Source: Lytechinus pictus (Eukaryota). Taken from it: 64,000 nt of DNA. The notes under the pieces are model-generated. The model saw only the letters and a program-made list of their open reading frames with translations, was not told the origin of the DNA and searched no databases. The translations under genes and the position numbers were made by a program. The stretch is taken from the NCBI RefSeq assembly GCF_037042905.1, contig NC_087245.1:26970001-27034000 (forward strand), in the 5' to 3' direction. This document shows, in pieces, positions 50,801-56,004 of the stretch (positions within the stretch are counted from its first letter, which is position 1; each line of letters starts with the position of its first letter).

Positions 50801-53661
50801 TTGCTATTAACCACAGTTTTCATATAATAGTATAACTACTTGGGAGAAAATGCTCTCAGTGGATGTTCATGAGTCTTACTTTTAAAAGTATGAAGATTTA
50901 AATGTCATTGTTATTTTCTTACCATTCTTTCTATTTTCCTCTCCAGATATGAGTTCCCGGAAGATATCTCTCTCGGAGTGCCTTGGTTGTGAAGCCATCT
51001 CCTCCGTCACCATCCGTGAAGACCAGCCAGCCCTCCTGGATCCGTCCTTGTTCCTGGAGTATCAGATAATATTTGAAGATGGCATTCTTAAGATCTTCTC
51101 CACCACCCAAGAAGCTGCATTATTTACCTACGATGGCATCCAGCAAGGCACACTCTTTTTCTATGATGGTTTCGGAGGAACGATCGGTAGCTACTACCAC
51201 ATCAGACTCAACCAGGGTGAGTCAAGATAAGAGACTTGGATTTAAAGTTTAAATAACAAATTTAAACAATGAAGAGTAAACCCTTCATGAATTTCATGAT
51301 AGATGGGTGTTTAATATAATAAACAACCAGTAATATTTCATTGACAAATTTGCTCTGGCCAATCAGATACAAGGAAGTTGATAGCTTAAAACAATAGTCA
51401 GTGAAAATGGTTCCACGACATTTGCTCCGGCGACGATCGCTCTGATGAAAAATCTGCATGTTAATCCAAGCCTAAAATCTAACCTAAAAAACTGAATAAA
51501 CCCTAATCCTTATCTTTGCATTATTCTGAACCAAAAACTCTATTTACATTTACTGGGATGTTAAGATAAGGGCAAATGTCGCAGGGGCACATGTCGTGTC
51601 ACCGTGAAAATTAGTGTTTCATGAAATGCTTCCAAAATAACTTGCATTGCAGTAATGGCGAAACAAAGTTTGAATCTGATTTCATACCATTGCACTAGGT
51701 TGTCAGGTTTACAGTTGATGTACTTACTAACATTGTAATACCATGTAGGATTACTATATAAAGTATGCAATAATGTTATGATCAATGTTTTTTTATCAGG
51801 AACTATTTACCGAGCAGAGCATTGTCATGATATAAGCACATACTTGGATGGGGGATTGAAGCTACTGAATATTCAACATTCTGATCAGATGATTGCTTTC
51901 TTTGATGAAGAGGTCAACCTGGAAGCAGAGCTTGGTAAGTGCAGTCAAATCTGTTGGTGGTCACCTGTCTATAGCAGCCACCTGCCTATAGTGACCACTA
52001 AAACGGATTCCCATGGAGAGGTAGATTGTGTGTATAAGAACCTGTCTCTAGCACCAACCTTCCTATAATGACCACTGAAGTTGAATCCCATGGAGGTAGA
52101 TTGTGTGTATAAGATTAAGTTTTGTGTTTCCCTTAAGTGGCCACTACAGACAGGATTTACTGCATATGAATCATACAAATTGTATTTTATCAGGTCAAAG
52201 ATTGTAGCTACTCACAATTCACAAGTGCCTTAATTTAAAGTCATGTACATGTATGTGCCCTTGATTTGGGGCTCACAAACACCTTGGGGCAACATTTGAG
52301 CAGTAAAAACATGATATGTACTCTAAAAATTCTTTATGATATTTGTAATTAGTGAAAACATATATTTTGATACATTCACATCTACACAAGATAAATGCAT
52401 TAATAGTGTACAGATAATGCATAGGTTTACATGTATTGTGTTAGAGGATATCTAGGATTCCTTGGTATTTGCCATGTTGTGCAAAAGCACCACTGTAAAT
52501 ATGGCAGAGCATGCTGCAGTGCCAGCAGCACATTCACACTTAGAATTATTGTATATCTGATATCTTGGGTAGATGTGAACAGACTGGTATATGTAATGGC
52601 AGTACAGTTGATAGAAATAAGAATGGACATACCATAATGCTGTGAAATCTTAAAAATATCAGTAAAAATGATTCAATGGCAAGATTCTTGAGACATGATC
52701 ATGATTCTCAATAAATCAAATATGTTTGCCTTTTGTAGGGAACAAAAGGAGCTACCTCCAAGTGCCTTTTCATAAATGAATTTTAAAAACTTCAAAATCA
52801 TGATTTAGAGCCAGCGGGCACATTTCCATAATCAATGTGCAATAGTTCTTGTCTACTGCTCATATGACCAATGAAGTGATGTGACATACATCACAGGCAA
52901 CTGGAAATTTGTATGCTCTTTCAAATCGCACTCACAGCATTGTGACCTATTCCCCTCCCTCCATCACATGATATACACTTTTAACATTATTAATGATGCA
53001 TAAGGCTGATAGAATTTCCAAAGGGTGGTTTTCATTTAATAACTATCTGCAAAAGTTAATCTTTCATTTTTGAATAATCACCCAACTCTAAGCATTAATT
53101 CAGACCAGAATATGCAAAAAAATGTGTAATAACACCTTGAAAGTCAAATTTCATCTAGTTGAAAAAATTATCTGGTCCAAAGAGACTCAACTTGGGCAGA
53201 GTTACCTGAAATTGTTATTGTCCATCGTCTATTCGTCTCTCCACTGCATTTTCATTTCAGCCATGGAAGACACAAGGACAGAGCTGCGTACCTCCCGCGG
53301 TGGCAACGCCATCGACATGACAACTAATCCCAGTTGCATCTACCATGACCCCTCCACTCTAGTCTGGCTCTCTTTCACCGATGGGGCTATTCAATATGGT
53401 ACCTACGACAAGGAGAATCACCAGAGAAGTGACCCGTGTATGACCTTTAACCTCCACGAGGGTCATAAGGTCAAGTACATCTCGTTTGGCCGACAGCGTC
53501 CAGAGTGGAGTTTGAGACATCACTCCATTGAGAGGAAGGTTGTCTACAAGCAGTTGATCACTCGTGTGAAGAGTTCTGTACTTGTAAAAGGCCCTCCCAT
53601 ACGTGTGAACGGCCCTCTCAAACGTGTGAACGGTCCTCCCGTTCGTGTAAATGGTCTTTAG
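6709..53661 (+). CDS. Large secreted multi-exon protein (~2,410 aa, 53 coding exons): signal peptide, G/R/K/S/E micro-exon modules, nine FAMeT-like domains, Pro/Glu/Thr/Ala mucin-like stalk, RGD motifs
   Basis: Manual join of the exons listed below. All have AG acceptors and GT donors (one GC), the frame is continuous, the lengths sum to 7236 nt and the join ends in TAG 53659-53661. All introns are phase 1 except 46746-47403 (phase 0). The stop-containing copy at 19158-19193 is excluded. Confidence 0.85.
7226..8817. mobile_element. Non-autonomous hAT-like DNA transposon (outer element)
   Basis: TIRs CACTGGCGTAAATCC / GGATTTACGCCAGTG; 8-bp TSD ACACACTC at 7218-7225 and 8818-8825. Confidence 0.85.
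7333..8424. mobile_element. Nested non-autonomous hAT-like element with internal GCGAGCGCGAAGCGCGAGC repeats
   Basis: Imperfect TIRs CAGTGGCGTACC / AGTTACATCACTG with poly-G/poly-C subterminal tracts; TSD TATTTCCA/TATGTCCA; ~110-bp internal repeats. Confidence 0.75.
9173..9196 (+). CDS. Micro-exon VSAGGSYN (end of signal peptide)
   Basis: tttttacAG acceptor, G|GTAAGG donor, 24 nt, phase 1-1. Confidence 0.75.
9944..9985 (+). CDS. Micro-exon VADNNDRFTHSGGS
   Basis: cAG acceptor, CAG|GTGAG donor, 42 nt, phase 1-1. Confidence 0.75.
10534..10617 (+). CDS. Exon GLQGLNIQQSGFTKVSHSTSEKTITTEN
   Basis: cAG acceptor, G|GTAAAT donor, 84 nt, open in phase 1-1. Confidence 0.75.
11005..11073 (+). CDS. 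Micro-exon ESNKGTMKNQRGDTETTQERSRK (contains RGD)
   Basis: Pyrimidine tract plus aAG, AAG|GTAACG donor, 69 nt. Confidence 0.7.
11492..11569 (+). CDS. Micro-exon GKKNKQNEETEVKQRGGDRRKNGDDN
   Basis: ttttaccAG acceptor, G|GTATG donor, 78 nt. Confidence 0.8.
12158..12244 (+). CDS. Micro-exon GRRKGDKGHTETVIERVREGGRRKDKDRS
   Basis: tAG acceptor, G|GTAAGA donor, 87 nt; paralog of 13103-13186. Confidence 0.8.
12561..12608 (+). CDS. Micro-exon GSKGGSSEGQRNRGNG
   Basis: tAG acceptor, GAG|GTAAAG donor, 48 nt; A-type module. Confidence 0.8.
13103..13186 (+). CDS. Micro-exon GRKADKGNAETVVERVRGGGRSQNRNRN
   Basis: aAG acceptor, G|GTAAAT donor, 84 nt. Confidence 0.8.
13735..13792. repeat. (TA)n microsatellite
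   Basis: Direct reading. Confidence 0.95.
14289..14444 (+). CDS. Domain 1 exon a (EWRTFTCRRGQRELVFEDLTENEKLEYEM...CLEI)
   Basis: cccAG acceptor, G|GTAAGA donor, 156 nt; clear paralog of 24741-24902. Confidence 0.85.
14919..15176 (+). CDS. Domain 1 exon b (VLSSSGESTMKFNGEDLCLPIGSFY...CYATSNGGGDSSLQIKELE)
   Basis: ttttacAG acceptor, T|GTAAGT donor, 258 nt; paralog of 25254-25523. Confidence 0.85.
15201..15664. repeat. Degenerate 11-bp tandem repeat (CACAGTGTGTT), probably a MITE interior
   Basis: Repeated cacagtgt(g/a)tt units; weak inverted ends TCCCTGTTG / CAGTAGGGA. Confidence 0.7.
16673..16732 (+). CDS. Micro-exon FSGTEISTFIGRYRGKGRGG
   Basis: aAG acceptor, G|GTAAGT donor, 60 nt; positional paralog of 25824-25889. 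Confidence 0.75.
17687..17767 (+). CDS. B-type micro-exon GRGQVEVGNTDASNGRGSGRRGKKGGK
   Basis: cAG acceptor, AAG|GTATA donor, 81 nt. Confidence 0.8.
18037..18081 (+). CDS. A-type micro-exon GSDESSESNENGGKG
   Basis: cAG acceptor, GAG|GTAAA donor, 45 nt. Confidence 0.8.
18478..18546 (+). CDS. B-type micro-exon GGQVGNADVAYGRQRGGRGKKGK
   Basis: cAG acceptor, AAG|GTAAT donor, 69 nt (6-nt in-frame deletion relative to sister copies). Confidence 0.75.
18770..18814 (+). CDS. A-type micro-exon DSSGSSESKENSGKG
   Basis: tAG acceptor, GAG|GTAAGG donor, 45 nt. Confidence 0.8.
19158..19193 (+). pseudogene. Degenerate A-type exon copy with in-frame stop (DSDSSYKKYGK*)
   Basis: Splice sites intact, 9 nt shorter than sister copies, GGA changed to TGA at 19190-19192. 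Confidence 0.7.
19359..19433 (+). CDS. B-type micro-exon GGQVEVGNAEAAYGRQRGGRGKKGK
   Basis: cAG acceptor, AAG|GTAAT donor, 75 nt. Confidence 0.8.
19704..19748 (+). CDS. A-type micro-exon DSSDSSESKEKKGKG
   Basis: tAG acceptor, GAG|GTAAGG donor, 45 nt. Confidence 0.8.
20192..20236 (+). CDS. A-type micro-exon DSDSSSGSRENNGKG
   Basis: cAG acceptor, GAA|GTAAGG donor, 45 nt. Confidence 0.75.
20407..20451 (+). CDS. 5'-truncated B-type micro-exon xAYGRQRGGRGKKGK with a deletion-created acceptor
   Basis: Original acceptor deleted; tttttgaaAG at 20405-20406 gives a 45-nt phase 1-1 exon. Confidence 0.45.
20566..20768 (+). mobile_element. tRNA-derived SINE, internally deleted
   Basis: Head GGAGCGTTGTGGCCCAGTGGATTAG (A box), (TAT)n/(TAG)n tail, TSD TAGTAGTG; empty site in the sister unit at ~19546-19553. 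Confidence 0.85.
20919..20963 (+). CDS. A-type micro-exon DSSGSSESKENSGKG with GC donor
   Basis: Same sequence as 18770-18814, but the donor is GAG|GCAAGG. Confidence 0.55.
21313..21915. mobile_element. Non-autonomous TTAA-targeting DNA transposon (Kolobok-like ends AGG...CCT)
   Basis: TTAA|AGGACAAGTCCACC ... GGTGGACTTGACCT|TTAA with long subterminal inverted repeats; empty site cgtaacTTAAtgcc at 22911-22924. Confidence 0.9.
22012..22056 (+). CDS. A-type micro-exon DSDSSSGSKENNGKG
   Basis: cAG acceptor, GAG|GTAAGT donor, 45 nt. Confidence 0.8.
22225..22299 (+). CDS. B-type micro-exon GGKVEVGNAEVDFGRQRGGRGKKGK
   Basis: cAG acceptor, AAG|GTAAT donor, 75 nt. Confidence 0.8.
23014..23058 (+). 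CDS. A-type micro-exon DSDSSSESKEKNGKG
   Basis: cAG acceptor, GAG|GTAAGG donor, 45 nt. Confidence 0.8.
23660..23704 (+). CDS. A-type micro-exon DSDSNSGSKENNGKG
   Basis: tAG acceptor, GAG|GTAAGT donor, 45 nt. Confidence 0.8.
23873..23947 (+). CDS. B-type micro-exon GGKVEVGNAEVDFGRQRGGRGKKGK
   Basis: Same sequence as 22225-22299; cAG acceptor and GT donor. Confidence 0.8.
24110..24157 (+). CDS. Micro-exon GSSESSSKSREKSGRR
   Basis: tAG acceptor, GAG|GTAAA donor, 48 nt; paralog of 29761-29808. Confidence 0.8.
24330..24530 (-). mobile_element. Degenerate CR1/L2-clade LINE reverse transcriptase fragment
   Basis: Minus strand reads FDKV*HMKLHGKVENYGITGLKHGWIIGFL and, after a frameshift, VPQGSALGSALFLIYVIDI (RT motif GVPQGSVLGP). 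Confidence 0.75.
24741..24902 (+). CDS. Domain 2 exon a (GWRTFQCRRGEREQVLRGLSENGDLEFEF...SIVI)
   Basis: aAG acceptor, G|GTAAGA donor, 162 nt. Confidence 0.85.
25254..25523 (+). CDS. Domain 2 exon b (VLSSSGESSIRLGGQDLCEPMLGSFY...CYATVNGGSDVTTSLNVKQIE)
   Basis: cAG acceptor, T|GTAAGT donor, 270 nt. Confidence 0.85.
25824..25889 (+). CDS. Micro-exon FSSDFLSEFVSRYGSRVRERVR
   Basis: cAG acceptor, GAG|GTAAAT donor, 66 nt. Confidence 0.75.
26409..26492 (+). CDS. Micro-exon GNLGRNVGDAEVEAERTRGRKRGKGNSK
   Basis: cAG acceptor, AAG|GTAGA donor, 84 nt. Confidence 0.8.
27372..27515. mobile_element. Small MITE inside the LINE
   Basis: TIRs CAGGGGCCGCGGAAC / GTTCCGCGGCCCCTG; 5-bp TSD TGGAG. Confidence 0.85.
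27650..28636. mobile_element. Non-autonomous Tc1/mariner-type element inside the LINE
   Basis: TA|CAGTGCGTATCAAAAAAAAGTTTACACTTTGAAAAA ... inverse|TA. Confidence 0.9.
29761..29808 (+). CDS. Micro-exon GSSGSSSESKDRSGKR
   Basis: ttctAG acceptor, GAG|GTACA donor, 48 nt. Confidence 0.8.
29907..30072. mobile_element. Palindromic MITE
   Basis: GCCCCGTTGC...GGTAACTTTGCCATCCAATGGTAACT mirrored; same family as 55415-55579. Confidence 0.75.
30708..30791 (+). CDS. Micro-exon GNRNRNGGDSEVENDSDGGRRRGNGRGR
   Basis: tAG acceptor, GAG|GTAAAT donor, 84 nt. Confidence 0.75.
31243..31329 (+). CDS. Micro-exon ESRRKEVGYTETASRRNRYKDRRQWGSRR
   Basis: cAG acceptor, GAG|GTGGG donor, 87 nt, open in phase 1-1. Confidence 0.65.
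31516..31677. other. Assembly gap (162 N)
   Basis: Direct reading. Confidence 1.
32022..32051 (+). CDS. Micro-exon GGSWRSRRGK
   Basis: cAG acceptor, T|GTAAGT donor, 30 nt. Confidence 0.7.
32075..33788. mobile_element. Non-autonomous Tc1/mariner-type element with ~300-bp TIRs
   Basis: TA|CAGTGCGTCTCAAAAAAAACTATACACTTTTGAAATGGCTGCC ... inverse|TA; 32075-32370 mirrors 33500-33788. Confidence 0.9.
34364..34630 (+). mobile_element. tRNA-derived SINE (same family as 20566)
   Basis: GGAGCATTGTGGACCAGTGG A box and GGTTCAAATCC B box. Confidence 0.8.
34704..34859 (+). CDS. Domain 3 exon a (FYRWRTLSGKERSHALHL...FDLEFCMAPNGKDCLTA)
   Basis: tAG acceptor, T|GTAAGT donor, 156 nt; shares WRT and FC...NGK.CL with domain 1a. 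Confidence 0.85.
35375..35632 (+). CDS. Domain 3 exon b (YMSTQDDSRAYVDYKG...IYMSTPDGKWTKVKIRLRR)
   Basis: tAG acceptor, A|GTATGT donor, 258 nt. Confidence 0.85.
36483..36641 (+). CDS. Domain 4 exon a (MGKKLTSSGG...FYFCFDRSNCYIA)
   Basis: tAG acceptor, G|GTAAGG donor, 159 nt. Confidence 0.8.
37248..37520 (+). CDS. Domain 4 exon b (DLSTQPTETSQITYQG...ASTDDGDFTELQMIEIE)
   Basis: tAG acceptor, AAG|GTATC donor, 273 nt. Confidence 0.85.
37904..38056 (+). CDS. Domain 5 exon a (ASREISSETSLERTTV...LILSRSDGSSYTI)
   Basis: Long pyrimidine tract plus cAG, A|GTAAAT donor, 153 nt. Confidence 0.8.
39046..39321 (+). CDS. Domain 5 exon b (KMSTKPTDSSVIITG...IRTEGGGIQDFSEEEVE)
   Basis: gcAG acceptor, AAG|GTAGG donor, 276 nt. 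Confidence 0.85.
40028..41290 (+). CDS. Large exon: ~30 x EPPPAETEAPAT mucin-like repeat, then EPDEGTRGDSPVVELPRNRG...STDES
   Basis: catAG acceptor at 40027, CAG|GTATA donor at 41290, 1263 nt, phase 1-1; same frame as ORF 41149-41376. Confidence 0.9.
40030..41115 (+). repeat. Coding 36-bp minisatellite, ~30 copies
   Basis: Unit GAGCCACCACCTGCAGAGACTGAGGCACCAGCAACA with few variants. Confidence 0.95.
41759..42146. mobile_element. MITE, with a related fragment at ~17035-17270
   Basis: Inverted ends ATAGAGTAC...TGACATCA / TGACATCA...GTACTCTAT; internal blocks shared with 17035-17270. Confidence 0.6.
42144..42360. repeat. (TAG)n microsatellite
   Basis: Direct reading. Confidence 0.95.
42598..42636 (+). 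CDS. Micro-exon DVKETVVPEVAEP
   Basis: gcAG acceptor, CTG|GTAAGT donor, 39 nt. Confidence 0.8.
43233..43259 (+). CDS. Micro-exon AVKPFNEEP
   Basis: tAG acceptor, CTG|GTAAGT donor, 27 nt; ends like the previous exon (GAGCCTG|GTAAGT). Confidence 0.75.
43723..43912. mobile_element. Palindromic MITE
   Basis: TTTCATAAAGCTGTTCGTAAGTTAAGAGTGAC mirrored by GTCACTCTTAACTTACAAACAGCTTTATGAAA. Confidence 0.75.
44028..44201 (+). CDS. Domain 6 exon a (DESGIIQTQPSG...FDFSVTIPKGFSILLT...YYSI)
   Basis: tAG acceptor, G|GTGAGA donor, 174 nt. Confidence 0.85.
44593..46503. mobile_element. Non-autonomous TA-flanked DNA transposon
   Basis: TA|CACAACAAAAAAAGTAAGTCCCCC ... GGGGGACTTACTTTTTTGTTGTG|TA; no transposase ORF. 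Confidence 0.85.
46654..46745 (+). CDS. Domain 6 exon b1 (GITEGNEFMVMRCNTETNQCDSLYAGPIEQI)
   Basis: cAG acceptor, ATT|GTAAGT donor, 92 nt, phase 1-0. Confidence 0.8.
47404..47632 (+). CDS. Domain 6 exon b2 (GEVLGAYIFTLKI...IRYIGCTSEGYLATWKIFSIVSP)
   Basis: aAG acceptor, CTG|GTACGT donor, 229 nt, phase 0-1; FAMeT-like C-terminal motif YIGxxxxGxxxxWKI. Confidence 0.85.
47791..47975. repeat. (TA)n followed by a TG-rich simple repeat
   Basis: Direct reading. Confidence 0.9.
48225..48380 (+). CDS. Domain 7 exon a (GTTQRSSSIILRD...LVFSVEAEELLYIHLYTSNGMYIL)
   Basis: cAG acceptor, C|GTAAGT donor, 156 nt. Confidence 0.8.
48950..49480. repeat. 133-bp intronic tandem repeat, ~3.5 copies, built from CCATGGTAC subunits
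   Basis: Unit starts at 49021, 49154, 49287 and 49420. Confidence 0.9.
49523..49807 (+). CDS. Domain 7 exon b (RVGDNSNEYV...VLSLSGKQYYLSWRNSRIKFGES...MLDW...YFYLY)
   Basis: ccAG acceptor, G|GTTAGT donor, 285 nt; resembles the FAMeT core (ILS....R.FWISW..G.I.VG.....FL.W). Confidence 0.85.
50229..50402 (+). CDS. Domain 8 exon a (ANVLQWTHD...VDLKIKASGTVLIALATDQ...SLI)
   Basis: tAG acceptor, C|GTAAGT donor, 174 nt; resembles the FAMeT F.VKA..DAHIAL motif. Confidence 0.85.
50947..51216 (+). CDS. Domain 8 exon b (HMSSRKISLSEC...LLDPSLFLEYQIIFEDGILKI...YYHIRLNQ)
   Basis: ccAG acceptor, G|GTGAGT donor, 270 nt. Confidence 0.85.
51800..51934 (+). CDS. Domain 9 exon a (GTIYRAEHCHD...NLEAEL)
   Basis: cAG acceptor, G|GTAAGT donor, 135 nt. 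Confidence 0.8.
53261..53661 (+). CDS. Terminal exon: domain 9 part b (VWLSFTDGAIQYG...VKYISFG...W) plus GPPxRVN tail and stop
   Basis: tttcAG acceptor at 53260, TAG at 53659-53661; FAMeT-like motifs. Confidence 0.85.
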
Positions 53662-54459
53662 GCCTACCCTATCCACAACCACCATAGTGGTCACATTTTA
53701 TTTTAACTATTTGAATAATTTATTGAAAATATTTTACTAAAAGCTGGCCTATCCTAGCCAGAATGAAGAATAATATTTCTTTATAAGATTTTAGAAAAGA
53801 AGAATTATTATTTCCCATAATGAACTGTAATGTCTCCAATGAAGAGGTGTGTTTATAATGACTTGATTTGTTGGAATTGAACTGGAATGACAATGACTTA
53901 TGGCAAATCTATGAATCTAAATCAGTATTTCAACTTTGATTTTTAGTACATGTATTACACTTATTGCAGAATTTAAATGAAATTACAGTAAAGCCTCTAA
54001 ACATTATGCATAGCAATTGTTATGATTATATTGTGCAATCATTCAATTAAGAAATTACTAAAATTATGTAATGATATCTGAATGCATGATTGACATCACA
54101 CATAAGGCTGAAAGTACATGTACTGTAGTGTATTTGATGAAATATACAATACCCATCTGATTGTAATATTTGTTTACATACAGTAAGCCTGGCATCCTCT
54201 AACCAACATAAAGAAAATGGAGATTACAAAATCGGTAATTGCCAATTTTGTAATCTTCATTTTCTTTGTTTTTATATTCACTTCATACATATCCATCCTA
54301 ATTTTCTCAAGAAAAGAGATGTCAGTATGTATCATTCCTGAATGTTATTAATGTCTACAATTTTGCAAAAGGGCAAAATTTCCAAGAATTAGGGCTGCAT
54401 GTACATGTAGAAGTGGATTTCTGACATCTTCAGTGGATTGTCTGCTTTGTTGTGTAGAT

Positions 54460-54733
54460 CAGGGCTCTGTCTTACAAAGAGTTGCGATTAATCTGATTAA
54501 CCACAACTATGGAAACCCATCAACGTCAACATCTAAAATGGATGTTTGCTCAAAATATTTTCTGGATATGCTATAAATTCATACATTCATTCTTATCTTG
54601 AATTTCAGTGTGCTTCTCCTTGTTTACAAAGTACATTGTGCAATTTTCTTGTAGAAAAAATTATGACATTGATGGAGTTCCGTACAGTTGAGTTGATCGG
54701 ATCTGTCGGAACTCTTTGTAAGACGGGCCCCTG
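54460..54733. mobile_element. MITE
   Basis: TIRs CAGGGCTCTGTCTTACAAAGAGTT / AACTCTTTGTAAGACGGGCCCCTG. Confidence 0.75.
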
Positions 54734-55414
54734 ATTCATTCAGAGGAAGGTCCCTATGGAAATTATGTGTCTGCCTTCTCATGTAATCCTTGGATGAATG
54801 ACCATTGGTTTCATCTTAAGACAAATGAAAAGAAAATCAAGTTTTTCATCACTTTTAGTCAGATATTTTATGTCAACACTCTCCTGTTACATTCTGAATT
54901 ATTAAAGAGCATTTTGTGAAACCTATTACTAATTACCTGACATTGTCAGGAATGACAGGAGTCAATATGCAGAGAATCACAGTCCTGTCCAAGAAAATGA
55001 TAATCATTATTATTACACTTTCTACTAAAAAGTCTACTATAATTAATCATTATCTTGAATGGGATAAATGCATCTGCAACCCTTCCTAATCTAATACCTA
55101 GAGGATGTCAGGCATTATCAAGCATTATGAAGTACAATTATATTTTCAAGGTATTCTGAGGTAGAATGTGATTATTCCAAATACTACTACATCTTCTTGA
55201 AATCAATTTAGTTATGTTTGACAATATTGCATTCAATGAAAAAGTGAGAAAAAATAATTAAAAAGTTGGTGATTGGGAAAAATGTTTTCTTGTTTGTGTT
55301 GTTTATACTTTGTACTATGTACCTGGAAAGAACTACAGGGCGATTCCCTCTAAAAAGAGAAAGTCAAACTTCACAATAGCATTTCATTTACACCCTTTGA
55401 AAAGTTTGAATGAG

Positions 55415-55579
55415 CTGGGCCCTGTTGCATAAGAGTTACTATTATAACATAGCCATCCAGTTGTAACTGCCATAGCAACGGTGTCATACAACCAATCAAA
55501 ATAAAGGGAATTCTTGGGAAATTACCATTATTGAATGGCAAAGTTACCATAACAGTAACTCCTATGCAACAGGACCCAG
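55415..55579. mobile_element. Palindromic MITE
   Basis: CTGGGCCCTGTTGCATAAGAGTTACT / AGTAACTCCTATGCAACAGGACCCAG. Confidence 0.75.
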
Positions 55580-55859
55580 GATTATTATAATGACAAGTGT
55601 AAAGGTTAACTTTCAAGCTAAACACAGTGGGTGATTTTTAGTTTGGTGTTGGAAACTTGAAATGGAGAGGGATGGAGGGGGGGGGGTGAATGATGCAACT
55701 GCATGTGGGTGTTGAGCTATCACTGTGAAATATTTGGTCTTTAAACTTTGCCAAGCAAGTTCATTCACACTACAAACCACAGCCAAACCAACACTGAATT
55801 AAATATTGCTCATGACATGAAATAACAATATTCAACATTAAAAAGAGAAGATAAGTTAC

Positions 55860-56004
55860 AGCTTTTATATTGTGCCATTTCATAATTCATAAACAAGCAA
55901 CCAGTGGACCGACGGCTTGAAGGCCTCTCAGAGGGACCTGGTAATGAGAATCTAAATGCCTTACCAAAGGGCACTAGCTCTTCTGACTGAGCTATCGCGC
56001 CTCC
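55860..56004 (-). mobile_element. Deleted tRNA-derived SINE fragment
   Basis: Minus strand begins GGAGGCGCGATAGCTCAGTC (A box), followed by GTGCCCTTTGGTAAGGCATTTA. Confidence 0.55.

Noticed and set aside
44028-53661. Farnesoic acid O-methyltransferase enzyme
   Set aside because: The domain name is historical. No SAM-binding motif is visible and the protein is secreted, so no catalytic function is claimed.
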